A DNA stretch of 64,000 nucleotides from Candidatus Babelota bacterium (GCA_013287265.1 JABDEC010000005.1:265-64264), one strand, 5' to 3'; shown: positions 14,273 through 23,687, counted from the stretch's first letter. Notes: generated by a model not told the origin, from the sequence alone. Program-made: numbers and translations.

Positions 14273-15054
14273 ATTTTACATATATTTCAGGAATTATTTT
14301 AAAACATCTTCTAATTACTTTCAAAGATATCAGTCGCATACTGAATATTTTTTATTGGCCTTTTATTAACATAATAATAATGGGCATAACCGGTATGTGG
14401 TTTGAGCAAAGTACGGCATATAATGGCAATTTTGCTTTAATTTTTTTAAGTGCCGGTATGTTTTGGGATATTTCATTGATGATTACCGTTCAAGTTGCAA
14501 ATAGTTTGTTAAATGAAATTTTAGATAAAAATTTAGCAAATATTTTTACAACACCAATTGATTTATCTGAATGGATAGTTGCAGATATTATTACCAGAAT
14601 AATAGATACAATTTTAGTTTTTGCTTTCAGTACTTTTACAATCTGGTTAATGTTTGGATTAAATATTTTTAAAAATGGTTGGTATATTATTCCTTTTACG
14701 CTTTCTTTAATGATGTCAGGTTGGTGTATAGGATTTTTCTTATGCGGAATAATTATGGCTTTAGGAAAAAAAGCAATTGATCTAATTTATTATATTGGTT
14801 GGTTTTTTGCTCCATTTTGCGCTGTTTACTATCCTCTTAAACTTTTACCAAATTCACTACAATTAATTTCAAAAGCATTACCAATGACTTATGTTTTTGA
14901 GGGCATGCGAAGCATTTTAACTGCTGGCATAATGAATAACTATGATTTACTTCTAAGTTTTATATTAAATATTTTTTATCTATCAGTATCAATTTTATTT
15001 TTCAGATATATGTTTAATAGAAGCAAAATTAATGGTTTGGCAAATTTAGAATAA
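14269..15054 (+). CDS. ABC-2 type transporter permease
   Basis: ATGA overlap with the ATPase gene; six predicted hydrophobic segments. Confidence 0.75.
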   Translation: MNFTYISGIILKHLLITFKDISRILNIFYWPFINIIIMGITGMWFEQSTAYNGNFALIFLSAGMFWDISLMITVQVANSLLNEILDKNLANIFTTPIDLSEWIVADIITRIIDTILVFAFSTFTIWLMFGLNIFKNGWYIIPFTLSLMMSGWCIGFFLCGIIMALGKKAIDLIYYIGWFFAPFCAVYYPLKLLPNSLQLISKALPMTYVFEGMRSILTAGIMNNYDLLLSFILNIFYLSVSILFFRYMFNRSKINGLANLE

Positions 15055-15084
15055 TTGAAGAAATTTTGATAATTTGGAGTAATA

Positions 15085-15420
15085 ATGAAAAGGATTTTGT
15101 CTTTATTGCTTTTGTTAAATTTTCAAATCAATTCTGAAAAAATTAAAATCCAAATCACATATTATGAATATAGCTATTTTAGTTGGACTGAAAAAATAAA
15201 TGGTAAAGTCATTCCTTCTGCCACAATCAAAGATCTGAAAAATACAATTAAAAGAAAAATTAATAAAAAAAATGGTTATGGATGTTTTAACTCTCCAATA
15301 ACCAAAATTGTTTTTTTTTATGACCGACAGTCGTTAAATGAAAATGATACAATTTCAGATGTAATGAAGAAATTTAATTCAAAAAATGAATTAAATTTGG
15401 AAGCAAAAATTTATTATTAA
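15085..15420 (+). CDS. small secreted protein, possible ubiquitin-like beta-grasp domain
   Basis: Signal peptide; ATIKDLKNTIKRKI ... KIVFFYDRQSLNENDTISDV ... ELNLEAKI follows the ubiquitin pattern by eye. Confidence 0.5.
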   Translation: MKRILSLLLLLNFQINSEKIKIQITYYEYSYFSWTEKINGKVIPSATIKDLKNTIKRKINKKNGYGCFNSPITKIVFFYDRQSLNENDTISDVMKKFNSKNELNLEAKIYY

Positions 15421-15463
15421 TGATATCATTTAATAAATTCACAAAAATAATCAGAAAGATTTT

Positions 15464-16063
15464 ATGACAAAATTCTTAAAATTATCTCTTATTTTCTTGA
15501 TTTCGGTAGCAAATGCTTATAATTTAGTTGATATCAAATATGCGACAAAAGATAATTTCACCAAAGAAATTGTTTATCCCAAAGCTAAATGTTATTTGTT
15601 AGAAAATGTTGCAAAGTCATTTAATGAAGCAGTTAAGGAATTAGCTGAAAAAGGATATAAAGTTAAAGTTTGGGATGGTTACAGACCGCATAAAGTTCAA
15701 TTTAAATTTTGGGATATTGTCAAAGACAAATTCGAACACCCTGAAGATTACGTCGCTGACCCAAAAAAAGGTTCAAGACATAATCGGGGTGCTGCAATTG
15801 ATATCACTTTATTGGATAAAGATGGCAAAGAAATTGACATGGGTACAAAATTTGATGATTTTTCTAAAAAAGCTCATAGAGACTACAAAGAATTATCTGA
15901 CGAAGTTCAAAAGAATAGAAAAATATTAGAAGAGACTATGACAAAAAATGGCTTTGTTGGCTTACCAACAGAATGGTGGCATTTTGATTTTCAAGAGGCA
16001 TTAAAAAAACCTCAAAATTATCCAATTTTAGATGTATCATTTGATGAATTGGAAAAAAAATAA
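15464..16063 (+). CDS. D-alanyl-D-alanine dipeptidase (VanX/DdpX, peptidase M15D) with signal peptide
   Basis: VWDGYRP, SRHNRGAAIDITL, EWWHFDF. Confidence 0.85.
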   Translation: MTKFLKLSLIFLISVANAYNLVDIKYATKDNFTKEIVYPKAKCYLLENVAKSFNEAVKELAEKGYKVKVWDGYRPHKVQFKFWDIVKDKFEHPEDYVADPKKGSRHNRGAAIDITLLDKDGKEIDMGTKFDDFSKKAHRDYKELSDEVQKNRKILEETMTKNGFVGLPTEWWHFDFQEALKKPQNYPILDVSFDELEKK

Positions 16064-16081
16064 ATTAATAAGGAGTCTTGT

Positions 16082-16717
16082 ATGAAGTTTTTAAAATTAC
16101 CTATTCTATTTTTAGTTTCATTTGCTCAGGCACACAATTTGGTTGATATTGCAAAATTAAATTCTGATGTAATTCTGGATATCAAATATGCGACAAGAAA
16201 TAATTTTACCGGAGAGATTATTTATTCAAAAGCTAAATGTTTTTTAGTTGCAGAAGTTGCAAATGCATTAAATAATGCTGCAAAAGATTTCGCTGAACTC
16301 GGGTATAAATTGAAAGTTTGGGATGGATATACGCCTCAAGCTATGCAATTTAAATTATGGAACGCTGTTAGAAGAAAGTTTGGAAATCCAGAAAAATATG
16401 CTGCAGAACCCATTAAAGGTTGTACTCACAATTGTGGAGTGGCAGTCGATTTAACATTAGTAGATAAAAATGGCAATGAACTGAATATGGGTTCTGAGTT
16501 TGATGATTTTTCAGAAAAATCATGTAGAGATTGTAAAGATACATGTGAAGAAATTAAGAAAAATAGAAAGCTGCTTGAAGATACAATGATGAAGCATAAA
16601 TTTTCAAACAATTCAAAATGGTGGTGGCATTTTGAATATAATGATGCAGTAAAAAATCCTGAAAAGTATCCACTTTTAGATGAATCATTTGAAGAACTCG
16701 AAGAAAAACAAAAATAA
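16082..16717 (+). CDS. D-alanyl-D-alanine dipeptidase paralog (M15D) with signal peptide
   Basis: VWDGYTP, CTHNCGVAVDLTL, WWWHFEY; tandem to 15464-16063. Confidence 0.8.
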   Translation: MKFLKLPILFLVSFAQAHNLVDIAKLNSDVILDIKYATRNNFTGEIIYSKAKCFLVAEVANALNNAAKDFAELGYKLKVWDGYTPQAMQFKLWNAVRRKFGNPEKYAAEPIKGCTHNCGVAVDLTLVDKNGNELNMGSEFDDFSEKSCRDCKDTCEEIKKNRKLLEDTMMKHKFSNNSKWWWHFEYNDAVKNPEKYPLLDESFEELEEKQK

Positions 16718-16723
16718 TTTTTG

Positions 16724-17464
16724 ATGCGCAAAATTGTAGCAATTGGTGGTGGAGGTTTTGGTACCAAACATAGTACCAAACCAATTAATGAAGAAATTAT
16801 AAAATTAACTAAAAAGAAAAATCCAAACTTGCTGTTCATTCCAACAGCAAGTTTGGATTCTCAAGAATATGTAAAAAATATTCAGGAACATTTTGACAAA
16901 TTAAATTGTCCTGTAGATGTTTTATATCTGATAAAAGAAAAACCAAATCGGAATGAAATAAAAAATAAAATTAATTCTGCAGACATTATTTATGTGGGTG
17001 GTGGAAACACTTTACGAATGATGACGTTATGGCGTAACCTTGGCGTTGATCAATTATTATTAAAAGCATATCAATCTGGCAAAGTTATGTGTGGTGTTAG
17101 TGCCGGTTCAATATGCTGGTTTAAATTTGGAAATTCCGATTCAAGAAAATTTAAAAACCCTGAAGCAGACTTTATAAAAGTGACAGGTTTAGGTTTTATA
17201 AATGCCTTACATTGTCCTCATTATGATTCAGAAAAAGAACGACAAAAATCTTTAAAAAATATGATGAAAAAGGTTTCTCAAATAGCAATTGCAATTGATG
17301 ATTATTGTGCTATTGAAGTTATTGATGACAAATACAGAATTTTAAGCACAAAACCTGAGGCTAATGCATATAAAATTTACTGGAAAAATGGAAAGTTTGT
17401 TCATGAAGTTATTGAACAAAAAGAAAAGTTTGAGAGCCTAGAAGAATTGTTAACAAAAAATTAA
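16724..17464 (+). CDS. pepE: peptidase E-like (S51 family, alpha-aspartyl dipeptidase)
   Basis: IYVGGGNTLRMM ... GVSAGSICWF ... HCPHYD; the track ORF begins one codon earlier at TTG 16721. Confidence 0.75.
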   Translation: MRKIVAIGGGGFGTKHSTKPINEEIIKLTKKKNPNLLFIPTASLDSQEYVKNIQEHFDKLNCPVDVLYLIKEKPNRNEIKNKINSADIIYVGGGNTLRMMTLWRNLGVDQLLLKAYQSGKVMCGVSAGSICWFKFGNSDSRKFKNPEADFIKVTGLGFINALHCPHYDSEKERQKSLKNMMKKVSQIAIAIDDYCAIEVIDDKYRILSTKPEANAYKIYWKNGKFVHEVIEQKEKFESLEELLTKN

Positions 17465-18039
17465 TTACGTTTTTCTGCTTCCAACAATCTAATTTTTTTA
17501 ACAACTCCCCATTTGTAACCACTTACCTTGCCATTTTTTGCAATTACGCGGTGGCATGGAATAAAATATGCAATCTTGTTTTGTGCAAGAGCATTTGCTA
17601 CAGCTCTGAAAGATTTTTCATTTCCTATTAACTTTGCAATTGTTTGGTAACTTTCTGTTTTTCCTTTTGGAATTTCTAATACTTTTTTCCAGACTTTTAT
17701 TTGAAAATCTGTGCCAGAAATGATGAATTTTGATAAATCAATTTCTTTTTTATTTTCCGATATAGCATTGAGAAACTCATTGGAAATAACAGGAAAATAA
17801 CCCGCCCCTTCGATAAACTCAGGATAAACTTCGCTTTGCCTGTCCGCCGAAGTCGTAAACGTAGGCGGAGCGTAGGCTGGGTAATGTCCTAAATCGTCAG
17901 AAAATGTTCCAGAAAAAATTCCATCTTTTGTTGATAATATTAACAATTTACCGGCAGATGTTTGATAATAATTGTAATAAATTTCACTTTTTTTAATGTA
18001 TTTATTAAAATTTGAAGGTGTAAAAATTTGTAGTTTCAT
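17461..18039 (-). CDS. ogt: methylated-DNA--protein-cysteine methyltransferase
   Basis: IPCHRVI active-site motif; carries a G+C-rich in-frame segment (see 17801-17885). Confidence 0.85.
   Translation of the reverse strand: MKLQIFTPSNFNKYIKKSEIYYNYYQTSAGKLLILSTKDGIFSGTFSDDLGHYPAYAPPTFTTSADRQSEVYPEFIEGAGYFPVISNEFLNAISENKKEIDLSKFIISGTDFQIKVWKKVLEIPKGKTESYQTIAKLIGNEKSFRAVANALAQNKIAYFIPCHRVIAKNGKVSGYKWGVVKKIRLLEAEKRN
17801..17885. repeat. G+C-rich palindromic segment lying in frame inside ogt
   Basis: cccgcccc...tgtccgccgaagtcgtaaacgtaggcggagcgtaggctggg in an otherwise AT-rich gene; encodes HYPAYAPPTFTTSADRQSEVYPEFIEGAG. Confidence 0.5.
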
Positions 18040-18048
18040 AAATTAATT

Positions 18049-20742
18049 TTAAACTCTGCCAACTTTTACTTTAATCATATTTTCGGCATTCATTACTTTC
18101 TTCGCTGCAATCTTTACATCTTCAAATGTAATTTTGTTTAATGTGCTTGCAATATTATCATAATAATCTTGAGGTAAGTCATGAGTTTCAAGATACAACA
18201 TTGTTGATGATATTGCAGAATTAGTTGCGTAATTGTGAACAACAGAATCAATTAATGCATTTTTTGCATTTTTAACTTCTTCTTCAGTTATTGAATCTAC
18301 TGTTTCATTGATGGTTTTTAGAATAAGTTCTTCCGCCTGTTTTAATTTATTGGAGGAAACCATGGCAAAAATATTAACAATTCCGGGCTGATCGTCAGCG
18401 TAAGTTATCGTTGAGCCATGAATTGTATAAAAAAATCCGGTTTTTTCTCTTAATGCAAACAATCTCGAACTTCCACCGTTGGAAAATATTTCATCGAAAA
18501 TTTTTAATTTTTCATAATCAGGATTTTTTCTATCTACTGATGATCCTGCAAATTGTAAAACAACTTGGTCTCGATTTATAAAATGTTTAATTTCTTTATT
18601 TTCGACAGTCTGAATTTTAGGATAATTTAACTCTGGAACTTCCGGTCCTTGCCATTGGCCGATTGTGTTTTCAAGAATTTCCTGAATATTTAAATTTGCA
18701 AAATCTCCTACGATTGAAAGAGTAGAGCCTTTTGGCGTGAAATAGTTCTTGTAAAAATTTACAATATCATCTTTTGTTATTGCCTCAATGCTTTCTTGTG
18801 TTCCTAAGAAATTTTTCCCATATGGATGTTTTTTATAAATATTTTCTCGGACAAGTAAATTTGCAATTGCTTGTGGATTATCTCTGAATGATTGTATTTG
18901 TGATAATTTAATTTCTCTTACTTTTTCAATTTCATGTTCATCAAATTTTGGTTCAGTTATTATTTCCGTCAAAATTTTTAATCCGGATTCTAATTCTGTG
19001 TTTAATAAATTCAATGAAGCTGAACCGTTAAAACTTAATTTTATTGCGCGGGAGTGCAACTCGTCAGAAAGCTCTTTAAATGAATGTTTTAAAGTTCCTT
19101 TTTTTGCTACATCAAACGTAAAGCTATACAAACCCGGAAGTTTTTCAGAATCATGCATATGATCAACTTTAGGCTCTAAAATCAAACTAATTGTTGGAAT
19201 ATTTTTGTTCTCATAAGATAGAACTTTTATTCCGTTTTTTAATGTAAAAATTTTAGGTTTGGGAAAATTGAATTTGTTAATAGGTTTTGGATTAATTTTA
19301 TTTGCATATTTGCATTCTTCAACTTCTGTTTCTCTTATTCTTCCATCTAGAAATTTTGTATCTTCTGCATCATTTTTTTCTTGTAATTCCTTTAATTGTA
19401 TTTTTTCCTGTTCATTTGCGGGTAACAAATAACCTTTATGCATTTGTCCTGGATTAAAATATTTGGTTAATATTTCTTTAACGTCTTTTTGGATGTTTGA
19501 TATGTCATATTTAAAATAATCAAAAATATAATTTTCATTTTTAGTGGCTAAATATGTTGAGCCAATCACTTGAGCCTGATATGCATTACTTTCCATTAAA
19601 TCGTAATATTCCAACTTATTATTGTTTATTACCTTTTTGATTTCATGATCTGTTATACCATTTTGAATCAAATCATTAATTTCATTTTTTATAATTTCAA
19701 TAATTTTTTCTATATTTTTAATTTCTTTTGGTTCAAATTCAAAAATAAAAATACCGTGATCAGAAAGAATTCTTGGATAATTACCAATTTTGTTTGCTAA
19801 TTTAAGTTCTTCGACAATTTTTTGATGTAATCTTGCGCTTGAATCTCCTGATAAAACTTTTGCAATAACTTCAAGAGGAAAGTCTATTTTTCCTGAACCT
19901 GGAATTAGATATGCAACTATTACTTTAGGTTTTTTTACATCTCTATAAAGAATTATATTCTTTGAGATTAAATCATTATTAAGATAAAATTTTTTATGTT
20001 TATAATTTGGATCTTTTGCAATATTTTTAAAATTGTTTTCAACCTCTTTAAATACGTCATCGATATTATTTACATCACCAACAATTACTAAAGTAGCATT
20101 ATTTGGTTTATAATGTTTTTTATAAAATTTATGAAGATTTTTACTATTTATTTTCCAAATGTCCTGTTTAAAGCCAATTACCGGATAATGATAAGGATGG
20201 TCTGAAAATATAGTGGAAATTAGTTCTTCATGCAAAATTCTTTCATATTTATCTCTATACATTTTTAATTCTTGCACAACTGCTTTAAATTCAGCATTTA
20301 ATAAATCTTGTTTAAAAGTGCAGTTGGACATACAATCAGCCAAAATTGGTAAAGCTTCTTGCCAATGTCGTGAAGGCAAATTGAAAACATAACAAGTATA
20401 ATCATATGAAGTGAATGCGTTACAGTCTCCGGATAATTTATGCGCTACCATAAAAATATCTGATTCAGACAACATTTCTTTTGTGCCTTTAAAAACCATA
20501 TGTTCTAAAAGATGAGCTAAACCTTTTTCATTCGTTTCTTCGTCTTTTGACCCAACTTCGTACCACATCTGAATCGCTACATCAGGAATTGTATTATTTG
20601 GTTTAACCAAAACTGTTAAACCATTATCCAACACTTTTTTAAAGATTTGTGGTGAAATTTTTTCATGATCAGGATTGTTACAAAAAGTTGAGATAAAAAA
20701 TAAGGCTGGAATTAAACTAAAAATCAGGTTTTTGTTTTTCAT
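18049..20742 (-). CDS. M16 family zinc metallopeptidase (pitrilysin-like, double-length) with signal peptide
   Basis: HLLEHMVFKGT (HxxEH) motif; 897 aa with a second M16-like half. Confidence 0.85.
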   Translation of the reverse strand: MKNKNLIFSLIPALFFISTFCNNPDHEKISPQIFKKVLDNGLTVLVKPNNTIPDVAIQMWYEVGSKDEETNEKGLAHLLEHMVFKGTKEMLSESDIFMVAHKLSGDCNAFTSYDYTCYVFNLPSRHWQEALPILADCMSNCTFKQDLLNAEFKAVVQELKMYRDKYERILHEELISTIFSDHPYHYPVIGFKQDIWKINSKNLHKFYKKHYKPNNATLVIVGDVNNIDDVFKEVENNFKNIAKDPNYKHKKFYLNNDLISKNIILYRDVKKPKVIVAYLIPGSGKIDFPLEVIAKVLSGDSSARLHQKIVEELKLANKIGNYPRILSDHGIFIFEFEPKEIKNIEKIIEIIKNEINDLIQNGITDHEIKKVINNNKLEYYDLMESNAYQAQVIGSTYLATKNENYIFDYFKYDISNIQKDVKEILTKYFNPGQMHKGYLLPANEQEKIQLKELQEKNDAEDTKFLDGRIRETEVEECKYANKINPKPINKFNFPKPKIFTLKNGIKVLSYENKNIPTISLILEPKVDHMHDSEKLPGLYSFTFDVAKKGTLKHSFKELSDELHSRAIKLSFNGSASLNLLNTELESGLKILTEIITEPKFDEHEIEKVREIKLSQIQSFRDNPQAIANLLVRENIYKKHPYGKNFLGTQESIEAITKDDIVNFYKNYFTPKGSTLSIVGDFANLNIQEILENTIGQWQGPEVPELNYPKIQTVENKEIKHFINRDQVVLQFAGSSVDRKNPDYEKLKIFDEIFSNGGSSRLFALREKTGFFYTIHGSTITYADDQPGIVNIFAMVSSNKLKQAEELILKTINETVDSITEEEVKNAKNALIDSVVHNYATNSAISSTMLYLETHDLPQDYYDNIASTLNKITFEDVKIAAKKVMNAENMIKVKVGRV

Positions 20743-20750
20743 TCATTACC

Positions 20751-20935
20751 AATCGCGTTCGTCCCGCTTGGCCGTCGAAGCTTTAGCGCAGTCGGCAGCA
20801 CAGTCGAGGGATAAAACTTGTTAAATTTTTATTAAGGCTCGTATGGTTCGACAGGGCTCACCACGAGCGGGATTAATTTTTTTGCCACCAATCATCTCGA
20901 GTATTTTGCGAAAGCAAAATGTATCGAGGGATTCA
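20751..20935. other. G+C-rich structured intergenic element (three hairpin units); candidate ncRNA or repeat
   Basis: Each unit ends in CGAG(C)GGGAT (20806-13, 20865-74, 20926-33). Hairpin gctcgt/acgagc at 20838-20869; a 14-bp hairpin with a GAAA loop at 20897-20929. Confidence 0.4.
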
Positions 20936-21060
20936 TTCTATCACAAACCCATATTTTCTAATTTATATCTCATCGCAAAAGAATCAAGAATAAGTTATCA
21001 AAATGCCTAACTTACGGTATTATAAATCATAAAAATGTTGGATTAAATGAAAGATGCTAA

Positions 21061-22203
21061 ATGATAAATAAGATATTTTTGCTGATTTTAGTTGTTCTTA
21101 ATTGTGCTGCAAACCAAGATTTAATTCCTTTATTCAAAACTTATCCAAATTTAAAAGGAAAAGTTCCATTCATATCATTAGGTGATTTTCCTTCACCAAT
21201 TTATAAATGCAGAAAATTATCAAGACTTTTTCATCACAAAATTTATTTTAAAAGAGATGATTTAACGGGCAAAAAAGATGAAGCAGGCTATAGAAATTAT
21301 TCAGGTAATAAGTTAAGAAAATTGCAACATGTTCTTGCGCAAGCTATCGATGAAAAAAAGGATGTTGTAGTTACACAGGGGTCAGCCGGCTCAAATCATG
21401 CAGTTGCCACATCTGTTTGTACAAAAGGACTCGGTTTAAAATGTTTATTAATGTTAAAGCCGCAACCTGCATCAAATAGAGTTCAACACAATTTATTAAT
21501 GGATACTATTTTTGGTTCAGAATTAAGATATTTTCCTGATGCACAAAACAGGCAGGTTGCAATTGAAGAATTATTAAAAAGAAACCCGAATTATTATTTT
21601 ATTCCTACAGGCGCATCAAATGCATTAGGCTGTATCGGTTTTGTAAATGCAATTTTTGAACTTAAAGAACAAATTGATGATTATTTAGTTAAAGAACCGG
21701 ATTACATTTATGTCGCTGTTGGAAGTGGTGGTACAACGGCAGGTTTATTGTTAGGCATTCAACTTTTGAACTTAAAAACAAAAGTTGTAGCCGTTACAGT
21801 TGAACCTGAAATTGTTGATGATGAAATTTTGTTACTAGTGAAGAAATTATTTCATGATACAAATCAATTATTACATTTTTTTGATCCTAATTTTCCCTTA
21901 GTAGAATTCCCGGATGAAAAATTAATTATTAATAAAAACTTTTGTGGATCAATTTACGGTGAAGCAACAAAGGAAGGGTTGACTGCAATAAAATTAGTGA
22001 AATTAAAAGAAAAAATAATTTTAGATGAAACTTATACTGGTAAAGCAATGGCTGCTTTAATTAATGATTTGCAAAATAAAAGAATTGACCAAGATGAAAT
22101 TGTTCTTTTTTGGAACACTTATTGTGGATTGAATTTTAATGATTTAATTAGAAAAATGGATTATCGTAAATTACCTGTAGAATTTCATCAATATTTTGAA
22201 TAG
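21061..22203 (+). CDS. PLP-dependent D-cysteine desulfhydrase / ACC deaminase family protein with signal peptide
   Basis: YSGNKLRKLQHVL motif, GSGGTTAG glycine loop. Confidence 0.75.
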   Translation: MINKIFLLILVVLNCAANQDLIPLFKTYPNLKGKVPFISLGDFPSPIYKCRKLSRLFHHKIYFKRDDLTGKKDEAGYRNYSGNKLRKLQHVLAQAIDEKKDVVVTQGSAGSNHAVATSVCTKGLGLKCLLMLKPQPASNRVQHNLLMDTIFGSELRYFPDAQNRQVAIEELLKRNPNYYFIPTGASNALGCIGFVNAIFELKEQIDDYLVKEPDYIYVAVGSGGTTAGLLLGIQLLNLKTKVVAVTVEPEIVDDEILLLVKKLFHDTNQLLHFFDPNFPLVEFPDEKLIINKNFCGSIYGEATKEGLTAIKLVKLKEKIILDETYTGKAMAALINDLQNKRIDQDEIVLFWNTYCGLNFNDLIRKMDYRKLPVEFHQYFE

Positions 22204-22276
22204 AAGCCTATTTTGATTGACTTTCGTCGAATTAGATATATTATAAAAAATATTATTTTTTACTTAGGGACTTAAA

Positions 22277-23683
22277 ATGATTTTTTCAAGAATTCTCTTA
22301 TCTTTTTTATTTATCTTTAATTGCTTTTCTTACTCACCACCTTTCAATTTTGACGAAGAAATTCATTGGAATTGGAATGACATAGATACGTCTAAATTAG
22401 TTTTTCCAAAAAATTTTTTATGGGGCGTTGGAACTAGTGAATATCAGGTTTCAGGCAGAGAAAATTGCCCTAATGCAAATTGGGCATTTCATGAGGATAA
22501 AAAGAATTTTTTTGGGTGCACAACAATAGCAAGAGGCGAAAAATCAGGAAAAGCTTGTGACCATTGGAATTTATATAAAAAAGACATTGAATTAATGCAA
22601 GAAGTTGGAGTTAATGCATATAGATTTTCAATTGAATGGAGTTGCATTGAGCCAAAAGAAGGTGAATTTAACGAGCAAGCAATAAAGCATTATCATGATC
22701 TTATTGATGCTTTATTAGCAAAAAAAATACAGCCGATGATTACTTTGCACCATTTTACTCATCCTCAATGGTTTGAAGAAAAAGGAGCTTTTGAAAAGAG
22801 TGATAATATTCAATATTTTGTACGGTTTTGCAAAAGAATGTTTGTTGAATATAGTTCAAAAATAAATTTCTGGTTAACAATTAATGAACCTGGCGTTTTG
22901 GTATTTCAGGGTTATCACAGAGCGGTTTATCCTCCACAAAAAAATAATTTTCATTTGGCAGGAATTGTTACAAAAAATTTAATGAAAGCGCATATTGAAG
23001 TTTATAAAGCTTTAAAGGCTTTGCCAGATGGTGACAAAGCTCAAATTGGAATTGTGCATGATATTGTTCAATTTGAACCATATTTTAAAGGCGATAAATT
23101 AGCAAAATTTATTCTACATTATATGAATTTAATCTTTCATGAAGCCATAACAGATTTTTTAGTTACAAAAAAATTGAATTTTAAAATTCCAATATTTGCT
23201 AATGTAGAATTTGAGCTTGCAGATAAAAATGAAAAAATATTAGATTTCATCGGCTTAAATTATTATTCACATGTTTTATGGAAGCCTACAAATCCTTTAG
23301 GTAGTTCATACCGTGAAGGAGATATTCCAACCGATATGCCATACGGAATTTATGCTGAAGGTTTTTATCGCGCAATTGCATCTGTTGCAAGAATGGGTGT
23401 GCCAATTTACATAACTGAAAATGGTTTGGCCGATTCAAAAGATGATCGCCGAGAAATATTCTTGAAAAAATATTTATATACACTTTCAAAAGCTATTAAT
23501 GATGGTTATGATATTCGTGGTTATTTTTACTGGTCATTAATTGATAATTTTGAATGGGATTATGGTTTTGAAAAAAGATACGGTCTTTATGAAGTTGATT
23601 ATAATACTTTTGAAAGAAAACAAAGAAAAAGCGCGCAATATTATATCAAAGTTCTTAAAGATTATTTTTCAAGTTTAAATTAA
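22277..23683 (+). CDS. glycoside hydrolase family 1 beta-glucosidase with signal peptide
   Basis: YRFSIEW, LTINEP (acid/base Glu), YITENG (nucleophile Glu), WSLIDNFEW. Confidence 0.9.
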   Translation: MIFSRILLSFLFIFNCFSYSPPFNFDEEIHWNWNDIDTSKLVFPKNFLWGVGTSEYQVSGRENCPNANWAFHEDKKNFFGCTTIARGEKSGKACDHWNLYKKDIELMQEVGVNAYRFSIEWSCIEPKEGEFNEQAIKHYHDLIDALLAKKIQPMITLHHFTHPQWFEEKGAFEKSDNIQYFVRFCKRMFVEYSSKINFWLTINEPGVLVFQGYHRAVYPPQKNNFHLAGIVTKNLMKAHIEVYKALKALPDGDKAQIGIVHDIVQFEPYFKGDKLAKFILHYMNLIFHEAITDFLVTKKLNFKIPIFANVEFELADKNEKILDFIGLNYYSHVLWKPTNPLGSSYREGDIPTDMPYGIYAEGFYRAIASVARMGVPIYITENGLADSKDDRREIFLKKYLYTLSKAINDGYDIRGYFYWSLIDNFEWDYGFEKRYGLYEVDYNTFERKQRKSAQYYIKVLKDYFSSLN

Positions 23684-23687
23684 TAAA

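Noticed and set aside
16426-16839. Antisense or alternative-frame ORFs inside well-supported genes (e.g. 16426-16839, 16554-16784, 15675-15929, 29677-30042, 56654-57184, 43904-44176, 46215-46495, 62281-62550)
   Set aside because: Each overlaps a gene with clear family motifs on the other strand or frame. AT-rich genomes give long spurious frames, and no motifs, RBS or signal peptides support these.
20826-20890. tmRNA (ssrA) gene suggested by GGCUCGUAUGGUUCGACAGGG
   Set aside because: Only the 5' acceptor/D-analog-like motif is present. There is no tag reading frame, no pseudoknots and no T-arm. No 3' strand ending in CCA pairs with the 5' end, and the downstream sequence is unstructured AT-rich DNA running into a CDS at 21061. 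It is kept only as part of the structured-element finding.
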